A stretch of DNA of 64,000 bases from the human T2T-CHM13v2.0 reference genome, Homo sapiens. A program made the position numbers and the translations under genes. Every line of letters starts with the position of its first letter. Positions within the stretch are counted from its first letter, which is position 1. Under the pieces are notes generated by a model, which was given only the letters and a program-made list of their open reading frames with translations, was not told the DNA's origin and did no database searches. The DNA is taken from assembly GCF_009914755.1 (NCBI RefSeq), contig NC_060932.1, one strand, 5' to 3'. Positions 26,701 to 40,130 of this stretch are shown piece after piece.

Positions 26701-28145
26701 GGAAGAAATCATGGAAGAGGAAGAAACATCAGAAAAATACATTTTTCTTGATTTCAATATCCCTCTTTTCTTTGAGTTCCCAAAGGATTTGATACTTTTG
26801 GTTGGGGCAGGGGGCAAGGGGAACATTTCTTCTATTTCTCTCATTCTTTACAATATCCCAATCTGGTCAGAGTAGAGGAAATTTATTGGGCCGTGTTTAC
26901 TAATGGATGCATTTACCATTGCAAACTGATGTTCTCTTGTGCCCTGATCTCTTTCTTCTCCTTCCTATTGCCTTTAAGAGAGATAAGTGGTAAGCTGTGA
27001 TAGGGCTCTCTGGAAAGCCTATCTTGCCTCTCTTTTATTACACACTCCCAAATTCTCATCACTTCATGTGAGAAGTTGGAGAATTAAGACTAGGGCATGG
27101 TAGCCGAGTGTGAGTTTTGAGCATCAGACACACTCACTAAACCAATTTTACAGGAGAACCCTGTATTGGAGTATTGGGTCCTGGTCCAGCTAATTCTAAA
27201 GTAATAATGTGTCCATTCATCTTTGTCTCTTGTTGTATTGCTTTCTCAGTACTTCAGAGGAAGAAGAAATTGTTGAGCAATGGTAGAATTCAGATGTTCA
27301 TATCTTTCCCTCTCCATCTCAACATTCCTTTCTGGCACTTACTAATTTACACTATATATTTTTATATGTAAATATATATTTTATTTATGACTATATCTCT
27401 TATTCCTTCTGTTATATCATAAGGCCTTTGATATTTCATTCCTATAATAACAGAAGGATTTTCTTAAATTTTCAATGAAATGCCAGATTCTTGGATAGTT
27501 TGAAAGATTATGCCAAACCTGCAGCATTCTAAGTTGAAGGTGACAAAAAATGAGGTATTAGAAGCATGAATTGATAGCATTTTGTGTAATGACTACAAAT
27601 GTAATTTGAAATCAGGATCATAGACAAAACCAAGACTTATGAAAATATTATGTTACGTGCACTTTTTCCCACCAATTCAGTGCCTCATTCAATGCTTTGT
27701 AAACACACTATTATGATATCTTTCCCTTTCTAGCGATGTATGTGGGCTTTCCTATAGTCATTTCAGTAGATGCTATAGATATTATGGTATTTGGGAAACT
27801 ATATTTCAATGTAAAGAAGGCAAGGTGTCATGCTTTGACATTGATTTGGTGGGTAAGAGTGAGAAAGTGCAAGTGTCTATGGGAATACACAACATACTTA
27901 ATACCTTTGAAGTGTGTACTGAAGACTTGCAGTGAGGAAATGCCCTTGTACTTCTCCTTTAAGATGTTATTTTTTATATGTAAGCTTTTCATTGGTTTAC
28001 TCTAAGCATCCTAGTTTTTTGGCTGCTGAGTGCATGAACGATATCTTGGTGCCTTTTATTACTTTCTTAATAATAATCGCCTTCTCAATGGCAAGGGAGT
28101 CACCTCCCAATGGTAGGGGAATTACTTAGGTCTCTCTCTGTGCTC

Positions 28146-28167
28146 GTGTGTGTGTGTGTGTGTGTGT
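28146..28167. repeat. (GT)11 microsatellite
   Basis: Read directly from sequence. Confidence 0.95.
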
Positions 28168-29934
28168 ATTTTATGCAGTCAAGTTGGATTTTTGACGTGT
28201 ACTTTGAGCCAAGCCAAGTACAAATAATTTTAATTTCCTGAAACAAGAATTTGAATTAAGGGTGCCAGAGGCTAGATATCACCATTAAACCTCGTAATTC
28301 TAGCTTGAACATGGCTTGACTACCCAACACCCTGGGCTCAAACCAACTAGATTGGTCTCTGTTTATACACAGTAACTCTCCTTAATACTAAAGGGTGCAT
28401 TTATATTTTTCAGTTGTAAGTTAATAAATTTTTATAAGGGAATAATGTGTTATGGTGATATTAAAAATTTGGAGATTCTCAACGATATGTCACTTCATGA
28501 ACACATTATTAATATCTTCTTTACTTTTAAATATAAGATGGGATTCCTATCTTCAAGGAGGAACCTACAACCAGATTGCAAAATCTAGTTGAAGAGAATG
28601 TGAAAAATTCAGCTATAGAGGCTAAAAATACAAAAATAGAGTATATGAGATGTCAAAAGTCAGTGATCCAAACTTTAGAATGAAGTTTACATTTATCTTA
28701 ATAAAATATTTTCTTGACCTCTTATGATTCTGTAAATGTTCCCAATTCCTGTTAAGTGCCTGGGAAATGGAGCCATTGTGAGTGCTTGGTCCATTTTGTA
28801 AGGCGTGGATGATAACTTTTGAAAATTCAAGAGAGAAGGAGTGCTTTATCAATGAAGTTGGATGAAATGCATTATATCATATTATGACCATCAAAGTTCT
28901 ATTTTTCTGAAGTCACTCAGGTGTGGCCACAGAGCCAAGGCTTGAATATTGCTGTCTTGTTTTCTGCTCAAATTCTAGGCATCATGGAAGGCAAAAAATT
29001 GCTATTATAGTTTTGATGTTGGTTGTGGTCTGGGTCCCCAATCTGAAAAATGAATCTAGAAATGACCTAGAAGTTTCTTCCTGTTGATGACCACCTTTTA
29101 TCAAATCACATTTTTTACCCTAGATTTCTTGGCAGAAGCGTTTCTCTTGCTTAGTTGAAACCCAAAATTTTAGTCTCTCTGTATCCTCTGCAGTATTGTT
29201 TACTTTCCTTCTTTGCTCAGTGCAAATGATAACTACAACCTTTAGCTTTGGGGAAGGTGGTTGGGGTATCTTTCTTTTCTACCAGTCCCTTCTTGAAAAC
29301 AATATTAAGTGAATCTTTCTTTTGTCCCTTTGCTTTAGTTATTAATGTGGCAAGTACTTTTGAATCTATTCCTCTATGTTGAGAGGATAAGAAAATTGTA
29401 TGCAATTATAGAAACTTTGTTTTATACCTTTAGTAATTTTTCCATCCATTAATATAAGTCTACTAATTTCTAGTGAATCTTCAACTAGGTCACAAAAGCC
29501 TGAATATTTGATTTCTGTTAGAAAGGCTAGGGTTGATAAGATGTTTCATTCATAATTCTATTAATATTAACTTCATGTATATATATCACCTCCCCTAGAA
29601 CCTCTGACCACTTTTTTATAAAAAAAAATTTACTCTTTGTTTTATTTTGTGGTGCTCAAAAAACAAAAGTTCCTGTCTCTGTGTATGGCATTTTGAAAAA
29701 GTACAGTCATGACAATCTTATTATTATAAGTCTCATTTTAAAATATTCATCCCATCCAATAATAATGAGCATACCTTTCTTACAATAATTGTGTTAAATG
29801 TTTAACATTACAAAGCACTGAGAGAGCATTTCAAAGCTGACTCTCTTGATCTGACAGCCACGGAGGGATCTTCTTGAGCACAGCTCACACCAAGGAGGGA
29901 ATATTTTCATTACTAAGAGAAGATGTAAAAGGAA

Positions 29935-30160
29935 CAAAATTAACATTTGTTGATCATATAATATGTAATAGGTACCATGTGAGATATTTTTTCACAACAA
30001 TCTTTATAATAACTCTATGAAGCAGGAATTATTATATCCATCTTATAAACATGGCTCAGAGGTAAAGGACCTTGCCGAAAGGAATATGACTAGAAGGTAG
30101 GCAACCTGAGGTTCCCCAACCTGAGGTTCCAATCCAAGTCTACTTGGTCACAGAGCCCAT
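29935..30160 (-). mobile_element. MIR SINE with an internal 15-bp tandem duplication
   Basis: aactctatgaagcagg..attattat..ggctcagaggtaaaggaccttgcc; caacctgaggttcc twice at 30102-30130. Confidence 0.75.
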
Positions 30161-30199
30161 ATATTGTTTTCAGTGTATCTATTGCTTTCTAGCGTCATA

Positions 30200-30365
30200 G
30201 CAGCATGGAGAAAGAACTGAGCCTAAACCAATTTTACAACTGTGGATCCATGGGAAAGTTGGGCTTCTGGGCTGCTATCTCCCAATTTGTCAGAAGAGAA
30301 AAAACAAGTTCCCAAGCTGGTTATGAGAATTAAATGAGATGGTGTATGTACAAATTCTTTGTAGA
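30200..30365 (+). mobile_element. MIR fragment
   Basis: ggttatgagaattaaatgagat..tatgta. Confidence 0.55.
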
Positions 30366-30399
30366 AAATAATTGTGGCCAACATGTTTTCATTAGTATG

Positions 30400-30602
30400 A
30401 TAGGTTTTCTAAATACTTTAAATATATTTATTGATTTATTCATTATTTTAAAGACCCTATATGGTTATTTTTACCCCCAGTTTATGTAAGGAAACTGAGG
30501 CACAGGCTAAGTGACTTCTCTAACATCATACAGGTAAGTTGCAGAACCAGAATTTTTTGAACTCAGGAAATCGAGATTCAGAATGCATGCTTTTAACCAT
30601 TA
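30400..30602 (-). mobile_element. MIR SINE
   Basis: aggaaactgaggcacaggctaagtgact..tgaactcagg..atgcttttaacca. Confidence 0.75.
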
Positions 30603-30975
30603 GTATACAATATGCTGTAAAATATAAATGTTGGAGAATTTTAGATTTCAGAATAAATATTAAAATGATACAAGAAATTAGGTGAGTTCAGAGTCAGCTA
30701 ATAACTTTGGAGAAGTAGAGCTGCAGCTGTTGAACATCTTAGCATATACATGGGCAATAGGAGGTATTTGAAAGAAAGTTCATCTAGCTGACTACTATAT
30801 GAGGATGGAGCAAGGCACTCCTTTTGCTTCCACTTTGACCCCTTAACAATGCTAGACTGTCTACAGTGATCTTTTCCCAGGGACACTCCAGTGCCTTGGT
30901 AACATGCCTACTGAAGAACTTGAAGGATCCTAGCAGGGAAACATTCTCTTAGATATATAAGCCTAATATATATGC

Positions 30976-33063
30976 TGATATGGTTTGGCTCTGCGGCCCC
31001 ACCCAAATCTCATCTCAAATTGTAATCACTACTTGTTGAGAAAGGGACCTAGTGGGAGGTGATTGGATTATGGGGGTGAATTTCCCCCTTGCTGTTGTGA
31101 TAGTGAGTGAGTTCTCATGATGTCTGGTTGATTGACAGGTGTCTGGCCCTTTCCTCTTCTCTTTCTCTCTCCTGCCACCACATAAGATGCGCTTGCTTCC
31201 CCTTTGCCTTCCACCATGACTATAAGTTTCCTGAGGCCTCCCCAGCCATGTGGAACTGTGAGTCAATTAAACATGTTTTCTTTAAAAATTACCCAGTCCT
31301 GGACAGTTCTTTATAGCAGTATGAGAATGGACTAATACAAAAAATTGGTACCGGCAGAGTGGGGTACTGCTATAAAGATAACCTGAAAATGTGGAAGGGA
31401 CTTTGGAACTTGGTAATGGGCAGAGGTTTGAACAATTTGGAGGGCTCAGAAGAAGACAGGAACATTGGGAAAGTTTAGAACTTCCTAGAGACTTGTTGAA
31501 TGGTTTTGACCAAAATGCTGATAGTGATATGGACAGTGAAGTCCAGATTGAGGTGATCTCAGATGAAGATGAGGAACGTACTGGCAACTGGAGCAAAGGT
31601 TATTCCTGCTCTGCTTTAGCAAAGAGACTGGTGGCATTTTGCCACTGCCCTAGAGATCTGTAGAACTTTGAGCTTGAGAGAGATGATTTAGGGTATCTGG
31701 CAGAAGAAATTTCTAAGCAGCAAAGCATTCAAGAGTTGACCTGGTTGTTTCTGAAAGCATCCAGCCATATGTACTCACAAAGAGATAATCTGAAATGATA
31801 ACTTTTATTTAAAAGAAAAGCAGAACATAAAAATTTGAAAAATTTGCAAAACGGGCCAATGTACAGCCCAGGCTGTTTCTTCAGAGGGTGCAAGCCCCAA
31901 GCCTTGGCAGCTTCCGTGTGATGTTGGGCCTGAGTGTGCATAGAAGATAAGAATTGAGGTTTGGAAACGTCTGCCTAGATTTCAGAGGATGTATGGAAAT
32001 GCCTGGATTTCCAGGTAGAACTCTGCTGCAGGGGCAGAGCCCTCATGGAGAACCTCTGCTAGGGCAATTCAGAAGGGAAATGTGGGGCCGGAGACCCCAC
32101 ACAGAATCCCTACTGGGGCACTGCTTAGTGGAGCTGTGAGAAAAGGGCCAGCATCCTCTAGACTCTAGAATGGTAGATCCACTGACAGCTTGTACCTGTA
32201 CCTGCAAAAGCCACAGGCACTCAATGCCAGCTCATGAAAACAGCCACAGGGGCTGTACCCTGCAGAGCCACAGGGGCAGAGCTGCCCGAGGCCTTGGGAG
32301 CCCACCCCTTGCATCAGCATGCCCTGGATATGAGACATGAGGTCAAAGGAGATTATTTGGAACTTTAAGATTGAATGACTGACCTACTGGATTTCAAACT
32401 TGCATAGGGCTTGTAGCCCCTTTGTTTGGCCAATTTCTCTCATTTGGAATTGGAGCATTTATCCAATGCCTGTACTCACATTATATCGTGGAAGTAACTG
32501 ACTTACCTTTGATTTTATAGCCTCTTAGGCAGAAGGGACTCCTTTCAAATGAGACTTTGGACTTGGACTTTTGGATTAGTGCTGGGATCAGTTAAGAATT
32601 TGGAGGACTGTTGGGAAGGCATGATTGGTTTTGAAATGTAAAAAATATGTGAGATTTGGGAGGGGCCAGGAGTGGAATGATATGGTTTGGCTCTACGTCC
32701 CCACCCAAATCTCATCTCGAATTGTAATGCCCATAATCCCCACTTGTCGAGGGAGGGAACTGGTGAGAGGTAATTGAATCATAAGTGTGGTTTCCCACAT
32801 GCTGTTCTTATGACAGTGAGTGAATTCTCATGAGATCTGATGATTTTATAAGTCCTTGACAATTCCTCCTTCACGTGCTCTCTCTTTCTCACCTGCCACC
32901 ATGTAAGGCATGCCTGCTTCCCCTTTCACCATGATTGTAAGTTTCCTGAAGCCTTCCCAGCTATGCAGACTGTGAGTTAATTAAATCTCTCTCTTTTTTC
33001 AAAATAAATTACCCAGTCTTGGGCAGTTTTTTTTTTATAGCAGTGTGAGAATGGACTAATACA
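30976..33063 (+). mobile_element. MaLR provirus: 5' LTR 30976-31339 (MSTA-like), internal 31340-32677, 3' LTR 32678-33063 (THE1D-like)
   Basis: Two tgatatggtttggct..gactaataca LTRs; internal starts aattggtacc; polypurine tract gggaggggccaggagtggaa before the 3' LTR; ORF 31391-31663 resembles the THE1/MST internal ORF (LELPRDLLNGFDQNADSDMD). Confidence 0.95.
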
Positions 33064-33084
33064 GTGCTCAATAAATTAGCTGTT

Positions 33085-33860
33085 AGACAACAGAGTACCA
33101 ACAGGATACCTGAAGCAAAATTTGACAGAAATGAAGGGAGAAATAGACAATTCAACAGTAGTAGTTGGAGACTTTACTATCCCACCTTTAATAATGGATA
33201 GAACAACTAAGCAGGTCAGTAAGGAAACGGAAGATGTGAAGAATACTATAAACCAACTAGCCCTGACTGATATCTGTGGAATTCTCCATTTAGCAACACA
33301 ACATACTCCTAAATAACCAATGGATTAAAGGAATCAAAATGGAAATTAGAAAATACTTTGAGATGAGTGAAGATTACCAAAACTTATGCTACAACAGTGC
33401 TTAAGGAAAAATTTACACCTATAAATGCCTGTATTAAAAAAGAATAGGCTGGGCGCAGTGTCTCACACCTGTAATACAAGCAAGCACTTTGGGAGACCCA
33501 GGTGGGTGGATCACTTGAGCCCAGGAGTTTGAAACCAGCTTGGACAACATGACGAAACCCCATCTCTACAAAGAATACAAAAATTAGCCAAGTGTGGTGG
33601 TGTGTGCCTGTGGATCCAGCTACTTGGAAGGCTGAGACGGGAAAATAGCTTGAGCCTTTGGGGTCAAGCCTGTAGCGAGCTGAGATTTCACCACGACACT
33701 CCAGCCTGGGTGACAGAGTAAGAGCCTGTCACAAAAAATAAAAATAAAAAATGAAGATCTCACATAGTTAACTTTACCTTAAGATACTAAGGGGAAAAGA
33801 GCAAACTAAACCTAAAGCAAGTAGAAGAAAGGAAATAATAAAAACTAAAGTGAAAATTAG
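33085..33860 (+). mobile_element. L1M ORF2 endonuclease-region fragment interrupted by AluJ
   Basis: ORF 33122-33316 TEMKGEIDNSTVVVGDFTIPP..INQLALTDI matches the L1 EN domain. Confidence 0.85.
33447..33751 (+). mobile_element. AluJ SINE
   Basis: ggatcacttgagcccaggagttt; dimer with A-rich tail. Confidence 0.93.
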
Positions 33861-34076
33861 TAGTGATGTCCCAGAATAGTGTTAAGAAGTGTTCTAAGAT
33901 AATATGCAGGCCTGGAAGAAAAGGGTGCCTAGAGAATACTAATGCTTGTCAGAGTTGTGAGTTCAGGATTGGGAATAGAAGCATAGAAGTCACAAATGTA
34001 TACCCTGAATTCTGGGCCTTGTTAGCATAAATCTTCAAGAAGCATTTCCTCTTTTTATGCTTATATTATGAGCATA

Positions 34077-34236
34077 TGTATTAGACTGTTTCCACATTGC
34101 TATAAATAACTACCTGAGACTGGGTAATTTATAAAGAAAAGAAGTTCAATTGACTCACAGTTCCACATAGCTGGGAGACCTCAGGAAACTTAACAATCAT
34201 AGAGAAAGGGGAAGCAGGCATGCCTTACATGGTGGC

Positions 34237-34276
<40 letters not shown>

Positions 34277-34469
34277 ATGTGAAAGAGGAACTGTCAAACA
34301 CATAAAACCATCAGATCTCGTGAGAACTCACTATTATGAGAACAGCATGGGAGAAACTGCCCCCACGATCCAGTCACTCCCCACCAGCTCCCTCCCTTGA
34401 CAAGTGGGGATTATGGGGATTACAATTTGAGATGAGATTTGGTTGGGGACACAGAGCCAAACTCTGTCG
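34077..34469 (-). mobile_element. THE1D-type solo LTR with internal (GA)16
   Basis: tgtattag..gagatttggttggggacacagagccaaac; GA tract 34239-34270; GAGCA on both flanks; inserted in an L2 tail. Confidence 0.93.
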
Positions 34470-34649
34470 AGCACTTACTATATTCCAGGCCTTGTACAAG
34501 ACAGCAGATACACAGGGGAAATCAAAATGGATAGAACCTTACCCTTAAAGCTTATAATGAGATACACAGACACTGAATAATTAAACTTACAAATGAATTA
34601 TAATTTAGAAATTATAATAAATGCTGGTTTTTTTCTACTAGTTTCTAAG

Positions 34650-34862
34650 TCATTCATAGTACTTACCATAACATGAAATTATTTCACTAATTTATTTATG
34701 TTTCTATCTTTTCTGATAGCCTACATGCCATGTATTTATCCATGTATCTATGTATCTATCTGTCATCTATTTATCTAGTTACCAGAAACTCTTGTTTTCA
34801 ATCCCTGGCACAGTGTTTGACACTGTGCTCAATAAACATTTATTGAAAGAGAGAGGAATGAA
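34650..34862 (+). mobile_element. L2 3' end
   Basis: atccctggcacagtg..gtgctcaataaacatttattgaa. Confidence 0.7.
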
Positions 34863-35169
34863 AGAAAGAAAAGAGCAGGACATTAATAGGAGAGAAAATA
34901 AAAGACTTAATTTAGTTTTCCAGGATCAGGGAAGACCTCCTTTATGAGTTATTTAAAGATTTGACCTAAAGGATAAATGGAAGTCAGGAGAAGGAGGGTT
35001 GGACAAAGATACAGGGAATGGGAATTCAGTTAAGGGACTAAATATTTGAAGGCTATAAGGCAGAAAAGAACTTGTCACATTAAAAAGTCATTTGCGAACA
35101 AAGGGAGAGTCCCATAGATGAAGTTGTTAAGAACAAGTCATGAAAGGCTTATAAACTAGAATCAGTGAG

Positions 35170-35605
35170 TGGATCAGGGTGAAAGCCAGGTTGCTGGAAA
35201 GAAGAGATCCCAAAGTGCAATGGCTCAAACAAGATGGCAGTAAATTTCTTTCTCAAAAAAGAGTCTGGGAAAGCTAAGGGGTCTCTGCTTGGCAGATTCA
35301 TCCACAGATGTAGGCTAACAGAAGTGTTCTGCCATCCTCAATACTCCTCTTCCAAGATTGCTTCTGTTGTTGCTATATTTAGTTGGTGGAAATGTGAGAG
35401 AGCATAAGGGTGTGGGCATCCCATGTGCGAAGACTGGGGTGTGGAAATGGCACACATCATTCGCATTCATTTTGGAATCATCATTGGAACCTAATTATAT
35501 GGTCACATCTAGATCCTAGAAGAACGGCAAGTTCCAGTTGTTGTCCAGACACCTATTGTCCAGATGCAACTGTATCACCAGAGAAGAAGGGGAGTAAAGA
35601 TTTAG
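35170..35605 (-). mobile_element. MLT1 (K/L-type) LTR
   Basis: aatggctcaaacaagat..tttctttctc..tctgccatcctcaa..ggaaatggcacacatca..atatggtcacatctag. Confidence 0.7.
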
Positions 35606-36399
35606 AGTTGATTCTAAGGGCAGAGAATAATTATTGTAGGTTTTAAGCCAAAGGTATGTGATCAGATTAACATTTTAAAATGGCTTGTGTGAAAAAATTT
35701 ATTCTAAAGGCTCAAGAGTGGAGGTGAAGAGATTTGAGTGAAAATTAGTGCAACATTTCAGACATAAAGTGGTGGTAGTTTGAACTCTAGTGGTGTAGTG
35801 GAAATGCAGAGAAGCAGTTATTTGAGGTATAATCTGGAACTGTAATTGCCTGGGAAAGTATTGGAGATGTGGATGGGGGTTATTTGAAGGAGACATATAT
35901 GTAAAAAATGACTTCCGTAGTTCTGATTTAAGGGACTGAGTAGATGGTGGTGCCATTGACTAAGATGGGAAGGCTGGGGGGAGAAGTAAGTCTTGTGAGA
36001 AGATCAATAATTCCATTTTGTATATCTCATGTTTGAAATGTTTGTTTCCATATGACTGCAACTGACTATGGAAAGGTGGTTAGTAGGATGACCTTCCTAG
36101 TTAGACCTGGGCTAGGTAGACCCAATTGGGCTAATTCCCCAAATATGGTCCGATGGATTGTAAATGGAGCCTTATACTTTGCAGGGCACCTGGAGGCATC
36201 ATTTGCTTCAGCCTAATGAAATACATGAACTTACTCAAACATATACTGCTTTGTGTCTCAAGTGTTGGTCCTCTGAATTATCTTTTCTTCTGCTTCATCA
36301 ATTTCCCCCTCCTGGTTTTCCCAGTCTCCAAGTTCTCTATCTGACCATCTAGTCTGTTCTTGAGGCCTTCCTTTCGCCTCATGGTATTCTATGCATGCT

Positions 36400-36572
36400 T
36401 CCACCACAGAGCTGATCACAATAAACCATAACTGAACATGAAGTTTTCTCTCTGCCCAATAGACTCAGCTTCCTGAAACTGGTACCTGGCCCTATTCATT
36501 CCTGTATCCCAAGGGTCTAGCATAGTACCTGGGACAGAACAGATGCTCAATAAATATTTAAGTGGATAAATC
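36400..36572 (+). mobile_element. L2 3' end
   Basis: ctgtatccc..ctagcatagtacctgggacagaacagatgctcaataaatattt. Confidence 0.75.
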
Positions 36573-37104
36573 ATTCTTGAGCAACCCACTCTTTGTTACT
36601 AGAAAAGCCTTCTTTATTTAAAATAGTAATCATATATTTGGAATAGAACTAGCTAAAAAATTTAAAAATATAAATCTATGTGCATAAATATATTCAGAGG
36701 GAAGAATATATTTTAACATGATTAAGCTTTCTGATGACAGGGTTGATTTTTGGGAAAATGTGTTTCTACAATGCAGATTCCACCTTACATTAAAGAGCAC
36801 AGAGTTGCTTGTGGCTATAGAGATACTTTCTGTCTATGCAAATACTGACATATATGACTAATGTAGATGCCCTCTCTTTTGAGTAACAACAAAAAAAAAG
36901 ATTTTCACCTGAATGTTTTTCAGTGCAAATATAAGCATAAATAAAGATTTATGTAGAAATTGCAGATGGCTGAAAACAGAATGAATGTGTAAAAGAGGTC
37001 AGATGAAAACAAAAAAAAATCCATGCTGAAAGTTTGTCTCTACAAAATTCTTAGTATTTCCATTGGGTTTTATTTGTTTGTTTTGTGTTGTTTTGTAGTA
37101 TTTA

Positions 37105-37195
37105 TTATTTACTATACTCCAGGCACTTAAGCATCTCACATGCTTTGTTTCATTCAATCCACTTAACAGCTCCAGGAGGTATATACAATAATTAA
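37105..37195 (-). mobile_element. MIR fragment
   Basis: ccaggcacttaagc..tcattcaatcc..aacagctccaggaggta. Confidence 0.55.
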
Positions 37196-39444
37196 TGAAT
37201 TTTAGTTTATGCTCTTTCTTATTAGCTTTCATGGAATCTAATCAGAATTTTAGGGTAGATTCTTAGATATATTTGCTAACATGCTACACGATAGTAAGCC
37301 TGTCTGCCCAATTATAAATGTGAATGTTCTCCCACTTTTATTTTTCTTACAAACAAATGAACATTTGTGCATTTACTGTGTTGGACTGGTAGAGTCTTCT
37401 ATTAAGGTTAAATGTTTCTCGTGGAAAGGCTTGCCATGGACTCTTAGTCATTTGAATCTAGACACTCTTTTTACATCCTCTTGTGTTTGTGGTAAGCTGA
37501 GGAGTTGCAAAGAATCCCAACAGTGAGCAACTGTCACTGGCCTAGCCTTAAAGCACTTTAAAAAAAATGCCAGGTGCCATAAACCACAAGTGAGGCAACC
37601 GATTTAAGCCTCATTTTAACTTCAAAGACCCATGAAAATATTGCAATGTGTTGTGGTAATACTAGGCTTATGACTCCTTGGCTCTGGCTTATGAAGGCCC
37701 AGAGGAAGACAGTTGTATCATTACTACAGTAAATGATGCTCCCAGGGGCCCCTTCTTTACTTCCCATGCTTCCAAATGGTGAGAAGCTGCGGAAACTCTT
37801 CTGCATCCTTCTCCTGAAACTTTCTCTGGATTTTATCAAGAGTTGTTCTTGCCCCGTTGTTGAAAACCTCTCTTTCACTAAACCTTGAAGAAATGTTCCA
37901 TAAATATTATTGTATTGGGATATTCTAAAACACCGACTTTTAGCTCCTGAGGTTACTCAATTTTTAGAAGATCATTAGAGTTAAAAGAATAAAAATAGTC
38001 TTTGTGCAGTCAGCGTTTTCTCCAATATGACTGCACTTAATTATCAGATTACATGGTGTAGGTTGTTTAGGTTCAAATTTATATACGTGTGCTTTACATG
38101 GTAAAGGATGGATTTACACAGGGGACTTTCTCTTTTTCCTCAGTGTAACTATTTATGTATTGCTTAATTTAAAGATTACCCTTGGAGATAGTCTACAGAT
38201 TGGGATACTGTATTTTACTCAGTTTACATTTAGTTTCAGGATGCTTGCATTCTATGAAATGTATTTCAAGACTCCCTAAAAAGACAAAATAGACACTCTT
38301 TAAGCAGTTTACAAGATACAGATCTTTATCTCTTACAAAGGAAAGGAAACAAGGAAGCTGTAAATAATAAGTTCTGAATAGAAATGACATAAACTGCCTA
38401 ATCAATGTCTTCCAGAACTGGCAAGTGACACCTCTTTGTTTTTTGCAAATAAAAACCTTCTTCCCATCACAATATAAACCATTATCTCTGCAGGCAAGGT
38501 ATATTTAGAAATGTACAAAATGTACATTTCCTGCCAGCCTCTAGATCAGTAGGTGGAGATCTAAAGTCATGCAAATATTACAGTAAATGCAGGCAACCAA
38601 TTTCTAATTATTCCATATCAGCAGATTTGTGAGGAATATAATTTATTAAAAAAGAACAGTTTATGATCAGCAGACCTTGGTTATGACTGTTTAGGAATTC
38701 AGTGCATTTTGATCTAATCACAAAATCAAAATATTCATGAAACACAATGATATCTCCCCAAAGCAGCCGGGCAGCCATTAATTTTGAAATTCGGGTAATT
38801 TATTAACACTTATCTGAAGCTGTAAAAGCTTACCTCTGTGTTTGTAATACGGAGAAAAGTGAAAGCAGTTTTAAAACTGATTCCTAATGATTTATAATGG
38901 TTTGCTGTAATTTGAGCCAGAAATTCAATTAAAATGTATGTCTAGTTTTGTTTCAAGATCTTTAGTTAAAAATTCTATTAAAATTCTATTTCCTTCTTGC
39001 ATTAAATGTATCTGTTATCTGCATATACAAGAAATATAAGAAAATTCTATCATTTATTCCCCAGTCCCCATAAATGCTTTAAAAAGCATTCATTTTTATT
39101 TCATAATTCTGCTAAGGTAGCATTTGGAATTTATATACAGTAGAAGAAGAATTACTGTATATGCCATTTTCTTGGTAAGGAAAGAAATCTAACACTGAAT
39201 ACTTTAGGGACAAGTCAAGTAATATTTGCTACTTTATCAAACTAGAAGAAAACAAATAAAATAAAACAGACATTTTTGATTCCAAATTATTAACCTAATG
39301 GTATGTCTCTGAGGTTTAAAAAAAACATATAACATTCCAGAGAAAGGAGCAGGAGCCAGGGAGAGGTGTGGGGAGACAGATGTTCTACTTCCCTGAAACA
39401 AATACAAATGAATTAAACTTTGAAGGAATTGTTTGCGGGTGTGA

Positions 39445-39750
<306 letters not shown>

Positions 39751-39966
39751 TAGATTATTTTTTTTTAAACAAAAACCAAAAACACAATGAGCTTGGTGGC
39801 TAGCTGAAGGAGAACCTATTAGTTCTTGCTTTTTATTTTCCATTATTTTCTTGAACTACATTAAATCTTGGAATAATTACCAAGTGCAAACATTAAAAGA
39901 GCTGGTTTGTGTCTTTTTTTTTTTTTTTTTTTGGTAGCAAGAGTCTATGAGCAGAAATAGTAAATG

Positions 39967-40130
39967 AAGCTAATAATTTTTTGAAGATTTGCTATGTATA
40001 GATACTTCACATGTGTTTTAAACATTTCAATCTCCTCAATAGTAGGTATATTAGACACAGATGTTATTTATATTTTACTGAAGTGGTAGCAGAGGCAGGA
40101 CAAAGTTTCATAGGGCTGGTAAGTGGAAGG
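39967..40130 (-). mobile_element. MIR fragment
   Basis: agctaataattttttga..tttgctatgt..ggctggtaagtgg. Confidence 0.5.

Larger units (their letters stand above)
34470..36050 (-). mobile_element. L2 LINE fragments interrupted by a + strand L2 tail and an MLT1
   Basis: gcacttactatattccagg..; tcagggaagacctc..; atgtgatcagatt..cattttaaaa; gatggtggtgccattgactaagatggg. Confidence 0.75.

Noticed and set aside
31391-31663. 90-aa ORF as a gene
   Set aside because: Fragment of the degenerate MaLR internal ORF
34808-34828. 9-bp hairpin GCACAGTGT-ttg-ACACTGTGC
   Set aside because: Lies in the quasi-palindromic L2 tail; too short to imply function
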